Below are positions 1 to 9,087 of a stretch of DNA of 64,000 nucleotides, in pieces; the first letter of the stretch is position 1; each line of letters opens with the position of its first letter. The stretch lies in assembly GCA_965652075.1 (NCBI GenBank), contig CBFGTN010000004.1:6775-70774 (forward strand). The letters are read 5' to 3'. Source of the DNA: an uncultured bacterium (GTDB taxonomy: Bacteria; Chloroflexota; Limnocylindria; QHBO01). The translations under genes were made by a program, and so were the position numbers. Under the pieces are notes generated by a model that was given only the letters and a program-made list of their open reading frames with translations, ran no database searches and was not told where the DNA came from.

Positions 1-202
1 CACCTGTCGCGCGCCGCGACCGATCTGCGGCCTCTGTCCGCTGACCGATGCGTGCGCCTACTACGTCCTCGCCGCGAAGGGCAAGGCGCCGATGGCGCCG
101 ATCCCGAGGGGTTCAGCCGCGGACGGCCCGCCGCGCTACCACGACGAGCTCATTCACGGCTGGATGCCCCCGGAGGCTAGGCCCGCAGATCCCGCCGGCT
201 GA
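1..202 (+). CDS. 3' end of an HhH-GPD base-excision glycosylase (endonuclease III / MutY family), 5'-truncated by the window edge
   Basis: Frame 2 translates ...TCRAPRPICGLCPLTDACAYYVLAAKGKAPMAP.... The Cx6Cx2Cx5C spacing matches the [4Fe-4S] cluster loop at Nth/MutY C-termini. Stop TGA at 200-202. Converges on and overlaps the permease stop by about 26 nt. Confidence 0.45.
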   Translation, partial: TCRAPRPICGLCPLTDACAYYVLAAKGKAPMAPIPRGSAADGPPRYHDELIHGWMPPEARPADPAG

Positions 203-1850
203 AGCCCCACGTCCCGATCGCCACGCCAACGATCGCGATCGCGAGCGAGGCGACGATGCCGACCGGATCCCACACGCCGACCATCGGCTGCCCGAAGTGC
301 GTGGTCAGCGCGAGATCCTGCACGACCTGGGGAAGGCCGATCAGTGGACCGAGCAGCTGGATGAACCAGGTCACGACGACGAAGACGACGACGGTGGTCG
401 CCGCGAACCGCATGCCGAGGACGCCGCCCACGGCATGGCCGATGCCCACCAGCGCGAGGCCGTAGAGGCCGAGCACCGCCGATCCGAGCAGCGGCGTGGC
501 GACGTCAGTGTCGGTGGTGGCGACGCCGATCCCGATGCCCGCCGCCGCGATCGCCAGGAAGATGGCGACGTTCACGAACATCCCGAGGCCGCCGGACAGT
601 GCCCAGCGAACGCGGCTCAGTGGCGTTGCGAGAAGCATCTCCGTTCGACCGGTGGTCTCATCGGATGCCCAGCCGCTGACGAACGACGCCGCGGCGAGGC
701 CGGCGAGGATCACGCCGAACTCGATGAACAGCAGCTGCAGGAAGCCACCCGCCGACCCGTAGTCGACGTCGGGGAACACCGTCGACAGCAGCTCGATGAA
801 CGCCGGCGAGTCCTGCAGCTGCTCCATGAAGCCGCTGGCCGCGCCGCCGAGCGCCAGGCCGAAGAAGCCGATGCCGATTCCCCATGCGAATGTCGCGCCC
901 AGGTTCGTGCTGATCGCGCGCCCGATCGGCCCGCCGAGCCCGAGCAGCGAACGCGGCAGCGACGGGGTGGGAAGCGCGGTCGTCACGCCGATGTCGCGGC
1001 GCGCGAACGCCTCGATGCCGATCGCCAGCAGGACCACGACGACGACGGCCACAAGGATCACGGAGGGCCAGTCGTACTGGCCGGCCAGCGCGATGTGGTT
1101 CGAGGTCCAGCCCCACCACGTCAGGTTGGCGAACGGCGCCAGCTCCGGCACCGCCGACTGGTAGCCGTTCAGGATGAAGCCGGCGAACGTGATCGCGCCG
1201 GCGATCCCGGCCGCGGCACCGCGCCCGACGAACGGGCCGAGGGCGAAGGCGATCGCGCCGCCGACGAGCGCCAGCAGGCCCAGCCAGACCGCGTAGGCGA
1301 ACGACGACAGGACGCTGATCTCGTCACCCGGCAGCACCGCGAACGCGTTGCCGGCGATCGCGATCGAGGCGAAGGCGACGACGACGGCCACGAACATCAT
1401 CAGGACGTGGGCGGACAGCTTCTCGACCGCGATCCGTCGACGTGACTTGCCCGTGGAGGCGATGAACTCGAGGCTGCCGCGCTGCGCCTCGCCGGCCAGC
1501 GTGCCGGAGAGGGCGAGGATCGACCACAGGCTCAGGACGAGCGGGAAGAAGACGCCGTACTTGTACTGGAGGTAACCGCCCAGCGTGCCGACGTCGACGA
1601 CCTTTCCGGCCAGTCCCTGGAGGATGGGCGGGACCGCGGCGATCAGCTCCTCGAGCTCGGTCCGTGATTGGGGCGTGTCGAACTCGGCGGTGATCGCGTA
1701 GCTGACGCCAAGGAACAGGAGACCGAGCCCGACGGCGGCGATGATCGTCGCGCGTCGAGAGTCGCGGATCGTCTTGGCGAAGATGCTGCCGAGGCCGTAG
1801 ACCCGGCTCCACGCCGACGGCCGGTCGGCGGTCGGGGTCGCGGCGGTCAT
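177..1850 (-). CDS. ABC-2 type transporter permease (multi-pass membrane protein)
   Basis: 557 aa, highly hydrophobic with many predicted TM helices. Its start overlaps the stop of the upstream ABC ATPase by 4 nt. Confidence 0.75.
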   Translation of the reverse strand: MTAATPTADRPSAWSRVYGLGSIFAKTIRDSRRATIIAAVGLGLLFLGVSYAITAEFDTPQSRTELEELIAAVPPILQGLAGKVVDVGTLGGYLQYKYGVFFPLVLSLWSILALSGTLAGEAQRGSLEFIASTGKSRRRIAVEKLSAHVLMMFVAVVVAFASIAIAGNAFAVLPGDEISVLSSFAYAVWLGLLALVGGAIAFALGPFVGRGAAAGIAGAITFAGFILNGYQSAVPELAPFANLTWWGWTSNHIALAGQYDWPSVILVAVVVVVLLAIGIEAFARRDIGVTTALPTPSLPRSLLGLGGPIGRAISTNLGATFAWGIGIGFFGLALGGAASGFMEQLQDSPAFIELLSTVFPDVDYGSAGGFLQLLFIEFGVILAGLAAASFVSGWASDETTGRTEMLLATPLSRVRWALSGGLGMFVNVAIFLAIAAAGIGIGVATTDTDVATPLLGSAVLGLYGLALVGIGHAVGGVLGMRFAATTVVVFVVVTWFIQLLGPLIGLPQVVQDLALTTHFGQPMVGVWDPVGIVASLAIAIVGVAIGTWGFSRRDLRA

Positions 1851-2758
1851 CGTGCGGCCTCCTCCGCGACCGCACCCTTGCCGTACTCGGCGAGGAACGT
1901 CTCCTCGAGCGACGGCTCGCGGCTCACGAAGTCGGCCAGCTCGTAGCGCGCGGCGGCGCGCACGACCGGCGCGATGCTGCCCGAGACGCGCATCCGCAGC
2001 GTGTGGTCCTCGGCGACGAGGTCCGAGACGCCGGGCAGCGCGCTGAACTCCTGCACCGGCACGGCATCGGCGAATCGGAGCTCCACCTGGTGGTGGGCCA
2101 GGTCGCGCAGCGCCTCGGTGCGGTCGACCCGAACGAGGCGGCCGTCGCGGATGATCGCCACCCGGTCGCAGGTCTTCTCGACCTCCGACAGGATGTGCGA
2201 CGACAGGAACACCGTTCGGCCCTCGGCCTTGGCGTCACGGATGACGCCGTAGAACACCTGCTGGATCAGCGGGTCGAGGCCGGATGTCGGCTCGTCCAGG
2301 AGGAGCAGGTCCGGCCGATGCTGGAGCGCGATGATCAGGCCGATCTTCTGCTTGTTGCCCTTCGAGTACTCGCGGAACTTCCGGGAGGGATCGACCTCGA
2401 GGCGGTCGACCAGGTCCTGCTGGTAGCTGGCGTCGACGCCGCCGCGGAGGTTCGCGAAGTACTCGAGCGTCTGGCCGCCGGTCAGCTTGTCGTAGAGGGT
2501 GAACTCGCCCGGCAGGTAGCCGAGGCGCCGATGGATGGCGACCGGATCGGCGGTCGTGTCGATGCCGAAGATCGTCGCCGTCCCGCTCGTCGGGCGGATG
2601 TGGTCCAGCAACGTGCGGATCGTCGTCGTCTTGCCGGCGCCGTTGGGCCCCAGGAAGCCGAAGGCCTCGCCCTCGTTCACGGTGAGGTCGACGTCGACGA
2701 TCCCGCGGTGGGGTCCGTAGGTCTTGGTCAGCTGATGGGTCTCGATCACCGCGGTCAC
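1847..2758 (-). CDS. ABC transporter ATP-binding protein
   Basis: Walker A GPNGAGKTT, ABC signature LSGGQ-like (YSKGNKQK), Walker B LLLLDEPTSGLD. Coupled on both sides by ATGA/4-nt overlaps. Confidence 0.9.
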   Translation of the reverse strand: MTAVIETHQLTKTYGPHRGIVDVDLTVNEGEAFGFLGPNGAGKTTTIRTLLDHIRPTSGTATIFGIDTTADPVAIHRRLGYLPGEFTLYDKLTGGQTLEYFANLRGGVDASYQQDLVDRLEVDPSRKFREYSKGNKQKIGLIIALQHRPDLLLLDEPTSGLDPLIQQVFYGVIRDAKAEGRTVFLSSHILSEVEKTCDRVAIIRDGRLVRVDRTEALRDLAHHQVELRFADAVPVQEFSALPGVSDLVAEDHTLRMRVSGSIAPVVRAAARYELADFVSREPSLEETFLAEYGKGAVAEEAAR

Positions 2759-3276
2759 GCGGTCACTTCCTTTCGTCTGCCGGTGCGCCGGGCGGCGCCA
2801 TCGGTCTCGGCTTCGGCGGCCTCGGTCTCATGCATGCGAGCCAGGATGGCCGGCCACTCGCGTTCGAAGAAGCCATACAGGTCACGGATGTCGCGCAGCC
2901 GCGCCTGCGATTCGAGCGGGCGGTCGGCGATGAGGGCGAGCCCCGCCTCGGCGACCTCACGGTTCTGCCGGAGACGGTCGATCGCGACCTCCATGAGCCG
3001 ATGGAGCGCGTCCGGGGGGATGTCGAAGTACTCGCGCCGATCTCCCGAGCGCGTCCGGCGGCGGATGAGGCCGATCTGCTCCAGGAGCCTCGCCATCCCG
3101 CTCACCGACCCGCGGCTGGCCTGCAGCCGCTCGGCGAGCATCGCGGCGGTCTGCTCGGGCGGGTCGCAGATCGCGAGGTAGGCCCAGATTCGCCCGGCCA
3201 TCGGCGGCATGCCGGCGCCGAAGACCCGCGCGGCCTCCTCGATGAAGCTGTCCTCGTCCGTGATGTGCACGGCCAT
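2755..3276 (-). CDS. MarR/GbsR-like winged-helix transcriptional regulator of the ABC exporter operon
   Basis: About 175 aa with an HTH-like segment (AGRIWAYLAICDPPEQTAAMLAERLQASRGSVSGMARLLEQIGLIRR). It is the first gene of the regulator-ATPase-permease operon. The tracked ORF starts at a TTG at 3306; the ATG at 3276 is the more likely start. Confidence 0.6.
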   Translation of the reverse strand: MAVHITDEDSFIEEAARVFGAGMPPMAGRIWAYLAICDPPEQTAAMLAERLQASRGSVSGMARLLEQIGLIRRRTRSGDRREYFDIPPDALHRLMEVAIDRLRQNREVAEAGLALIADRPLESQARLRDIRDLYGFFEREWPAILARMHETEAAEAETDGAARRTGRRKEVTA

Positions 3277-3297
3277 CAGCCTGCGCTCTTCTGTGCG

Positions 3298-3313
3298 TTC
3301 AGTCAATACTGAA
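3298..3313. promoter_or_regulatory. Perfect palindrome TTCAGT-caat-ACTGAA next to the regulator start, followed by a CTTGAGCG direct repeat; putative operator
   Basis: Read directly in a locally AT-richer stretch. It lies about 22 nt upstream of the ATG at 3276 (or overlaps the TTG at 3306). The direct repeat CTTGAGCG-aaa-CTTGAGCG is at about 3322-3340. Confidence 0.3.
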
Positions 3314-3392
3314 TCATCAATCTTGAGCGAAACTTGAGCGGCCGAGGGTCCTGTTTCGCCCTCCGGCGAGGTCGGCTAGAATCGGCCCTCGC

Positions 3393-3467
3393 GCCGAAGT
3401 AGCTCAGGGGTAGAGCAACGGTTTCGTAAACCGTCGGTCGTGGGTTCGAATCCCACCTTCGGCTCCA
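3393..3467 (+). tRNA. tRNA-Thr (anticodon CGT)
   Basis: GCCGAAGTAGCTCAGGGGTAGAGCAACGGTTTCGTAAACCGTCGGTCGTGGGTTCGAATCCCACCTTCGGCTCCA. It has a 7-bp acceptor stem (GCCGAAG/CTTCGGC), a D-arm GCTCAGGGGTAGAGC, the anticodon loop TTCGTAA, a T-loop GGTTCGAATCC and an encoded CCA. Confidence 0.85.
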
Positions 3468-3471
3468 GCGT

Positions 3472-5388
3472 TCATGAAGCTGGGGGCGGGATCGCACGCC
3501 AGGGCGGACACCCGAGTCCGAGCCACTCCTCGAGGCCGATGCCGCTCTGCTCCGTCACCCGAGCGGCGACCTCGCTGTCGTCGGGGATGCACGGGACCGC
3601 GATCTCGCCGGAGATGATCCGCGCGCGGAGGTCCTCGAGCACCGGGCGGAACTCGTCCAGGAAGCCACCGCTGTACGCGATGTCGACGAGGCCCGATTCC
3701 AGGCCGTAGACCCGGACGGCCGGGGGAACGTCGCCGGCGGCGGTGTGCTCCAGCGCCTCGTGCACCGCCACGTCGTACCGCTTCATGACCGAGGTGAGGA
3801 TGTGCTGCCGCCACCCCCTGGGCACGTAGTAGCCCAGCGGGCTCTGGGCCTCGAACCAGTCGGTGTCGACGCCGATCACCCAGAGCCGACGCTCCTCCGA
3901 CGACAGCTCCGCCGCCGCCTGGACGATCCCCACCCCCGCAGGACCGGTGGCGCCGAACACCACGTCTGCGCCGTTCGCGAACATGCCGTGCGCCAGGGCG
4001 TTCGCCTGGTCCGGACTCTTGAACACCGATGCATCGGGCCACTCGCCCGCCCACGCGCTCAGGATCGTCACGCCCGGATCGACTGCCCGGGCGCCGGCCT
4101 CGTAGCCCGCGAGGAAGCTCCAGATGCCGATGGCCTTCCAGGCGCCGATGAAGCCGATCGTCCCCGTCTCCGATCTCAGCGCCGCCGCGGCGCCCGCAAG
4201 GAACGACGCCTCTTGCTCGCGGAAGTACACGTACGACACGTTCGGCGCATCCCCGACGTAGTCGAAGACGAGGTAGTGCGTGTCAGGGTGCTCGCGCACC
4301 GCACCATCGATCGAGGAGAGGTGGAACACGACGGCGAGCGCCGGGTGATCGTCCGACGCCTCGCCGACCCTCTGGAACCACTCCATCCGGCGCCATTCCT
4401 CGATGGTGTCAACCTCGGGCACATCGAACTTCCATCCGGCAAGCCCGAAGTCGCTGACGGCGCGGTCGAACCCCCACTCGACGCCCAGCAGCTCGCCACC
4501 CTTTCCAGCCCCGAACGTGACCAGGGAGACGCTGTGTCGCAGGGCATGATCCCGGCCGCGTGCCGCCGCGGCGGCCGTCGGCTCCAGCAGGAGCGACGGG
4601 TCGTGGACCAGGATGCGGTCATAAACCGTTCGGATCCGCGGCGAGGGATCGACGCCAAGCTCATCGCCAAGGCGGATTCGAAGGTCATCGAAGGTGCGGA
4701 GGGCATCGGCGTGCCGCCCGGAGCGATAGAGGGCCAGCATGAGCAGCTCGCGCGATCGCTCGCGCAGGGGATCGTCCGCGACCGCGGCGTTCAGCAGGCC
4801 GACGACCTCGCCATGGTGGCCTGCCGCGAGCTCCGCGGCCGCCAGGAGCTCGACCGCGTCCAGGTGCGTCTCGTTCAGCCGCCGGATGTGGGGCTGGGCG
4901 AACTCCTCGTATGCGAACTCGGCGAGGGGAGGTCCCTGCCACACCGTCAGCGCCGTCTGGAGCGTCGCCGTTCCGCGCTCCGCGTCGCCCGACTCGAGCA
5001 GCCTGGCCCCATCGCGAACGAGCTGCTCGAACCGCCAGGCGTCGATCGAGGCGCGGTCGGCCTCCAGGACATACCCGGGTGGCCGGGTCACGATCACCTC
5101 GGATGCGCCGAGTGGCTCCAGCGCCCGGCGGAGGCCGGAGACGTAGATCTCGATCGAGTGCGGCGCCGTCCGCGGCGCGCGTTCGCCCCACAGCAGGTTG
5201 ATCAGCCGATCGACCGGCACGATCTGCCCGGCGTGCAGCAGCAGGATGGCGAGCAGGGCACGCTGCTTGGGTGGTCCGAGCTCGACCACCGTACTGTCGC
5301 CGACCGCCGCCAGTGATCCGAGGACTCGGAACTCCACACGCCCTCCCGTGCGCCCATCCACTCGCCGGCTCGATGCGCGGCCCGTCAA
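3472..5388 (-). CDS. SARP/AfsR-family regulator (OmpR-type wHTH + BTAD) fused to a C-terminal BMP/PnrA-like periplasmic-binding-protein ligand domain
   Basis: N-terminus: FRVLGSLAAV...KQRALLAILLLHAGQIVPVDRLINLLWGE (SARP DNA-binding), then a TPR-like BTAD region. C-terminal half (NVSYVYFREQEASFLAGAAAA...VVFGATGPAGVGIVQAAAE...) resembles the BMP-family nucleoside-binding fold. 1-nt spacing to the upstream gene. Confidence 0.7.
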   Translation of the reverse strand: MTGRASSRRVDGRTGGRVEFRVLGSLAAVGDSTVVELGPPKQRALLAILLLHAGQIVPVDRLINLLWGERAPRTAPHSIEIYVSGLRRALEPLGASEVIVTRPPGYVLEADRASIDAWRFEQLVRDGARLLESGDAERGTATLQTALTVWQGPPLAEFAYEEFAQPHIRRLNETHLDAVELLAAAELAAGHHGEVVGLLNAAVADDPLRERSRELLMLALYRSGRHADALRTFDDLRIRLGDELGVDPSPRIRTVYDRILVHDPSLLLEPTAAAAARGRDHALRHSVSLVTFGAGKGGELLGVEWGFDRAVSDFGLAGWKFDVPEVDTIEEWRRMEWFQRVGEASDDHPALAVVFHLSSIDGAVREHPDTHYLVFDYVGDAPNVSYVYFREQEASFLAGAAAALRSETGTIGFIGAWKAIGIWSFLAGYEAGARAVDPGVTILSAWAGEWPDASVFKSPDQANALAHGMFANGADVVFGATGPAGVGIVQAAAELSSEERRLWVIGVDTDWFEAQSPLGYYVPRGWRQHILTSVMKRYDVAVHEALEHTAAGDVPPAVRVYGLESGLVDIAYSGGFLDEFRPVLEDLRARIISGEIAVPCIPDDSEVAARVTEQSGIGLEEWLGLGCPPWRAIPPPAS

Positions 5389-5389
5389 T

Positions 5390-6517
5390 CTAGTCTGACG
5401 ATCCGACGACCTCTTGGCGGTCGGAACCCGGCCAGGTGTCCGACAGCAGGTAGCCCTCGGGGAACGGGTCGGTCGGGTCCAGCAGCACCTCGGTCACGCC
5501 GGTGATCCACGCCTGCCCGGTGATCGCCGGAACGATCGCGCGCTTCGCCCCCACCGTCGTCTCGGCACGTACGCGCCCCTCGAACACCGACCCGATCACC
5601 GAGCGATGGGCCATGGCATCGCCGACTCGCATCAGCCCGCGCTCGTGCAGCGTCGCCATTCGAGCCGAGAGCCCCGTCCCCGTTGCGGAGCGGTCGAGGC
5701 GGCCGGGGGCGACGACGACGGCATTCAGAGAGGCAGCACCGAGGCCCTGCCACGGGCCGGCGAACTCGACGATGCTCACGCCGGCGATGTCGGCGTTCTC
5801 GGGATGGCGACACTCGAGCTGCTCGCGAGCTGCCAGCCGTATCCGCTCGCCGAGCGCTGCCAGGTCCTTCGCCTCCGATGGATCCAGCGCGAGTCCGAGC
5901 GCCTGCGCGTCGACGATCGCGTACCACATCCCCCCGTAGGCGACGTCGACGCTGATCGTCCCCGTGCCGGGAACCTCGACTGGGGCGTCGAGGCGTTCGG
6001 CGAACGATGGAACGTTGTCGATCGTCACAGCGGTGACCTGCCCGCCGTCGCACGCCGCCTCGATGGCGACGGGCCCGCCCGGCGCCTCCAGCTGGAAGCG
6101 GCTGACCGGCGGCGTCATCGGGACGATGCCCGTCTCGAGCAGCACGGTGGCCACGCACATCGAGTTCGACCCGGACATCGCCGGATACTCGGTGGGCTCC
6201 ATGATCACGAACCCGGCCAGGCAGTCCGCACGGCTCGAGGCGACGACCAGGTTGGCGTGCTGGGCGACACTGCCTCGCGGCTCTCGAAGCAGGAGCCGCC
6301 GAAGCGCGTCATCCGAGCGCAGCTTGCCCATCACCTCGTATACCGATGCACCCGCCGGCGCCCTCACCCCGGCGACGACGACGAGCCCGACCTCGCCACC
6401 GGCATGGCACCCGACGACCAGGATGCGCTGACGTGCGCGCCGACGCGGAGGCCAGTCGGGATCGTCGACGAAGGCCAGGCTGCCGGCCGCGTCGGGAAAT
6501 CGTTCGTCCGACGCCAT
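5390..6517 (-). CDS. Proline racemase-family enzyme with a Cys/Thr catalytic pair (trans-3-hydroxy-L-proline dehydratase-like rather than a racemase)
   Basis: The first catalytic motif SNSMC keeps its Cys. The second motif reads DRSATGTGLSA, with Thr in place of the second catalytic Cys of DRSPCGTG racemases/epimerases. Confidence 0.8.
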   Translation of the reverse strand: MASDERFPDAAGSLAFVDDPDWPPRRRARQRILVVGCHAGGEVGLVVVAGVRAPAGASVYEVMGKLRSDDALRRLLLREPRGSVAQHANLVVASSRADCLAGFVIMEPTEYPAMSGSNSMCVATVLLETGIVPMTPPVSRFQLEAPGGPVAIEAACDGGQVTAVTIDNVPSFAERLDAPVEVPGTGTISVDVAYGGMWYAIVDAQALGLALDPSEAKDLAALGERIRLAAREQLECRHPENADIAGVSIVEFAGPWQGLGAASLNAVVVAPGRLDRSATGTGLSARMATLHERGLMRVGDAMAHRSVIGSVFEGRVRAETTVGAKRAIVPAITGQAWITGVTEVLLDPTDPFPEGYLLSDTWPGSDRQEVVGSSD

Positions 6518-6530
6518 CGCACGATCCCTC

Positions 6531-9035
6531 TCAGAGCGCGGCCACGGCGGCCTGGAGGCGGGTCGTGGCCTCGACGGGATCGGTGTCGAACGCGAACACG
6601 ATCGGCTCGCCGAAGATCACCTCCACGTCGCCGCGCATCGCCGTGCCGGGCCCGCGCTGGTCGATCCACGACATCCGGTGGATCTTCACCTTCATCGGCA
6701 CCACGGGGAGCGCGCCGTCGACCGCGATCAGGCCCGCGCCGGCCTTGAACGGCTTCATGGGGCCACCGACCGTGAGCTCGCCCTCGGGGAAGATCAATAC
6801 GCTGAAGTCGCGGTCGAGCCGCGCCCCGAGCAGCTCGAGCGAGCGACGGATCGCGCCCTCTCGCGCCAGCGGGAACGCATTGCCGATCACCGCCGCGCCC
6901 AGGCCGCGGATCGGGTTGCCGAAGATGTCATCCGCGGCCGCCGCGACAGACAGCCGCCAGCGCCAGGCCAGCGGCAGGTGGGTGAGGATGATGGCGTTGT
7001 CGGTGTGCAGATGGTGGTTCGGCGCGAAGATCACCGGGCCCTCGAGGCCCGCCAGATGGCGCTCGCCACGGATCCGAACCCGATAGAAGAGCCCGACGAA
7101 CGGCAGCACCAGCAGCTCCTGGATGCCGATGCCGAGCGCGCGCACCGCCGGATGGAGGGGCCATTCGAACGCGTCGTCACTCCGCTTTGCGTCTCGTGCG
7201 GCCTCGACCAGGCGCTCGAGGTCCGCCACGGACGCGTTCGGATCGAGCTGACCGTCGTCGATGAAGGCGCCCAGCTCCTCTTCGATCACGCTCAGCAGCT
7301 CGACGCGCCCCAGCGAGTCGAGCCCGAGGTCCGCCTCGAGCCGCGACTCGGGTCGGACCTGTGTCGACGGCACCTGGGCCACCTGCCCGACCAGCCCCGC
7401 GACCGTCGCCACGCCGGTCTGGACCGCCGTCGCAGCGGTTGCCGCCTGGTCCGGCGCAGCCTGCCCCCGCTCGCCCACGACTTCAGCAAGGCGATCGAGC
7501 ACGAGCCGCTTCTTCACCTTCAGCGACGGGGTGCGCGGGAAGTCCTCGTCGGGCCACACGGTCCACTCGCGGATCTGCTGATGACCGGCGAGTGCGGCGT
7601 TCGCGTCACGGACGATCTCGTCGGCCAGGTCCGGCTGGTCGAGGAGGAGGATGGCGTGAACGCGCGCTCCCGATCCGTCCCGCTCCAGGCCGACCACGGC
7701 GGCATCGCGGAGCCGCTCGTCGCGCAGGAGCGCCACCTCGATGTCGTCGGGGTAGACCTTCTGCCCGTCCGGCAGGGCGATCATGTCCTTCTTCCGGCCG
7801 CGCAGCGTGAGGTAGCCATCGGTGTCGAGCTCACCGATGTCGCCGGTGTGATACCAGCCATCCGCGTCGATCGCGGCGGCGGTCGCTTCGGCGTTCTGCC
7901 AGTACCCGACGAATCGGTTCGGGCCGCGAGCCAGCACCTCACCGTCCGGCGCGATGCGGATCTCCACGCCGGGGATCGCCTCGCCGACCGTTCCGACCCG
8001 GTTGCGGGCAGGCCGCGTGAAGCAGATCACCGGGCTCATCTCCGTCGCGCCGTAGCCCTGCAGGCACTGAATCCCCATCTCCTCCCACCAGTGCGCGAAC
8101 TCGGGCTCCAGCGCCGACGCGCCGACCGCGAAGGTCCGCAATCGACCGCCGAACTGCGAGAGGACCGGCCGGAACAGCAACCGGCGCACGAAACGAGGCA
8201 TCCGCGCCGCCAGGCGGTGCAGCTGGTCGAACCGGGTCCGCCTGCCCGACGCGTCGACCCGGCGCTCGATGGCGTTCCCGAGGAGGCGCAGGCCCTGCGG
8301 AACGATCAGCAGCATCGTGACCTTGAACTCTCGGAACGTCCGCACGAGCACGGCGGGCTGGCGGCTGACCGGGTAGACGACGGTCTTGCCGGCGGCCAGT
8401 GGGGCCAACAGGTCGCAGGTGAGCCCGAACATGTGCGACAGGGGGATGACCGACAGCAGTCGCTCGTCCGGCCCGAATGGGAACACATCGACGAGGGTGC
8501 GCGCGTTCGACGCCACGTTGCGGTGGCTGAGCATCACGCCCTTCGGATCGCCGGTCGTGCCGGAGGTGAACATGATGAGCAGGAGGTCATCCGGCCCAAC
8601 CTCAGCGGGTGGCAGAGGCTCGCGCACCGTCCGGGCGAGATCCGGAAGCGACTCGATGAGGATCGTCGGCACCGTGAGCCGCCCGGCGGCCGCCTGGGTC
8701 TGCCGCGATCCGAGGACGAGCCTTGGGTTGGTCTGCGAGATGACCTTGGCGGCGAACTCATCGGTGCTGCGGACGTCGAGGGGCACGCCGACAGCTCCGA
8801 CGTGCGCGACTGCCAGGAAGCCGACGACCCACTCGGGCCGGTTGACGGCCCAGAGCACGACGCGGTCGCCAGGCTGAACGCCGCGATCCGTCAGCACGCG
8901 CGCGACGCGGCCGACCTGCCGGTCGAGATCTCGGTAGCGCCACGTCCGCGTGCGGAACCCAGGCTTGATGAGCAGCGCGGGATGCCGGTCGAAGCGCTTG
9001 ATCGCCTCGCCGATCAGATCATTCAGCGTGTCCAT
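6531..9035 (-). CDS. Tridomain fusion: acyl-AMP/acyl-CoA ligase (AMP-binding) – acyl carrier domain – PlsC-type lysophospholipid acyltransferase
   Basis: N-terminal adenylation motifs (MFTSGTTGDPKGV, GYGATE, YHTGD). A phosphopantetheine-attachment motif LGLDSLGRVELL follows. The C-terminus carries the LPLAT motifs NHHLHTD (HX4D) and FPEG. Confidence 0.8.
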   Translation of the reverse strand: MDTLNDLIGEAIKRFDRHPALLIKPGFRTRTWRYRDLDRQVGRVARVLTDRGVQPGDRVVLWAVNRPEWVVGFLAVAHVGAVGVPLDVRSTDEFAAKVISQTNPRLVLGSRQTQAAAGRLTVPTILIESLPDLARTVREPLPPAEVGPDDLLLIMFTSGTTGDPKGVMLSHRNVASNARTLVDVFPFGPDERLLSVIPLSHMFGLTCDLLAPLAAGKTVVYPVSRQPAVLVRTFREFKVTMLLIVPQGLRLLGNAIERRVDASGRRTRFDQLHRLAARMPRFVRRLLFRPVLSQFGGRLRTFAVGASALEPEFAHWWEEMGIQCLQGYGATEMSPVICFTRPARNRVGTVGEAIPGVEIRIAPDGEVLARGPNRFVGYWQNAEATAAAIDADGWYHTGDIGELDTDGYLTLRGRKKDMIALPDGQKVYPDDIEVALLRDERLRDAAVVGLERDGSGARVHAILLLDQPDLADEIVRDANAALAGHQQIREWTVWPDEDFPRTPSLKVKKRLVLDRLAEVVGERGQAAPDQAATAATAVQTGVATVAGLVGQVAQVPSTQVRPESRLEADLGLDSLGRVELLSVIEEELGAFIDDGQLDPNASVADLERLVEAARDAKRSDDAFEWPLHPAVRALGIGIQELLVLPFVGLFYRVRIRGERHLAGLEGPVIFAPNHHLHTDNAIILTHLPLAWRWRLSVAAAADDIFGNPIRGLGAAVIGNAFPLAREGAIRRSLELLGARLDRDFSVLIFPEGELTVGGPMKPFKAGAGLIAVDGALPVVPMKVKIHRMSWIDQRGPGTAMRGDVEVIFGEPIVFAFDTDPVEATTRLQAAVAAL

Positions 9036-9087
9036 TGGGCGGATCCTCCGTCATCGCTGCCGCGGAAGGCCTGGCGGCGTCCCCTCG

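Noticed and set aside
3440-3709. An 89-aa ORF overlapping tRNA-Thr, and a 64-aa ORF at 3303-3497
   Set aside because: They overlap a well-formed tRNA and the SARP gene's 3' end. The product is S/G/R-rich with no support.
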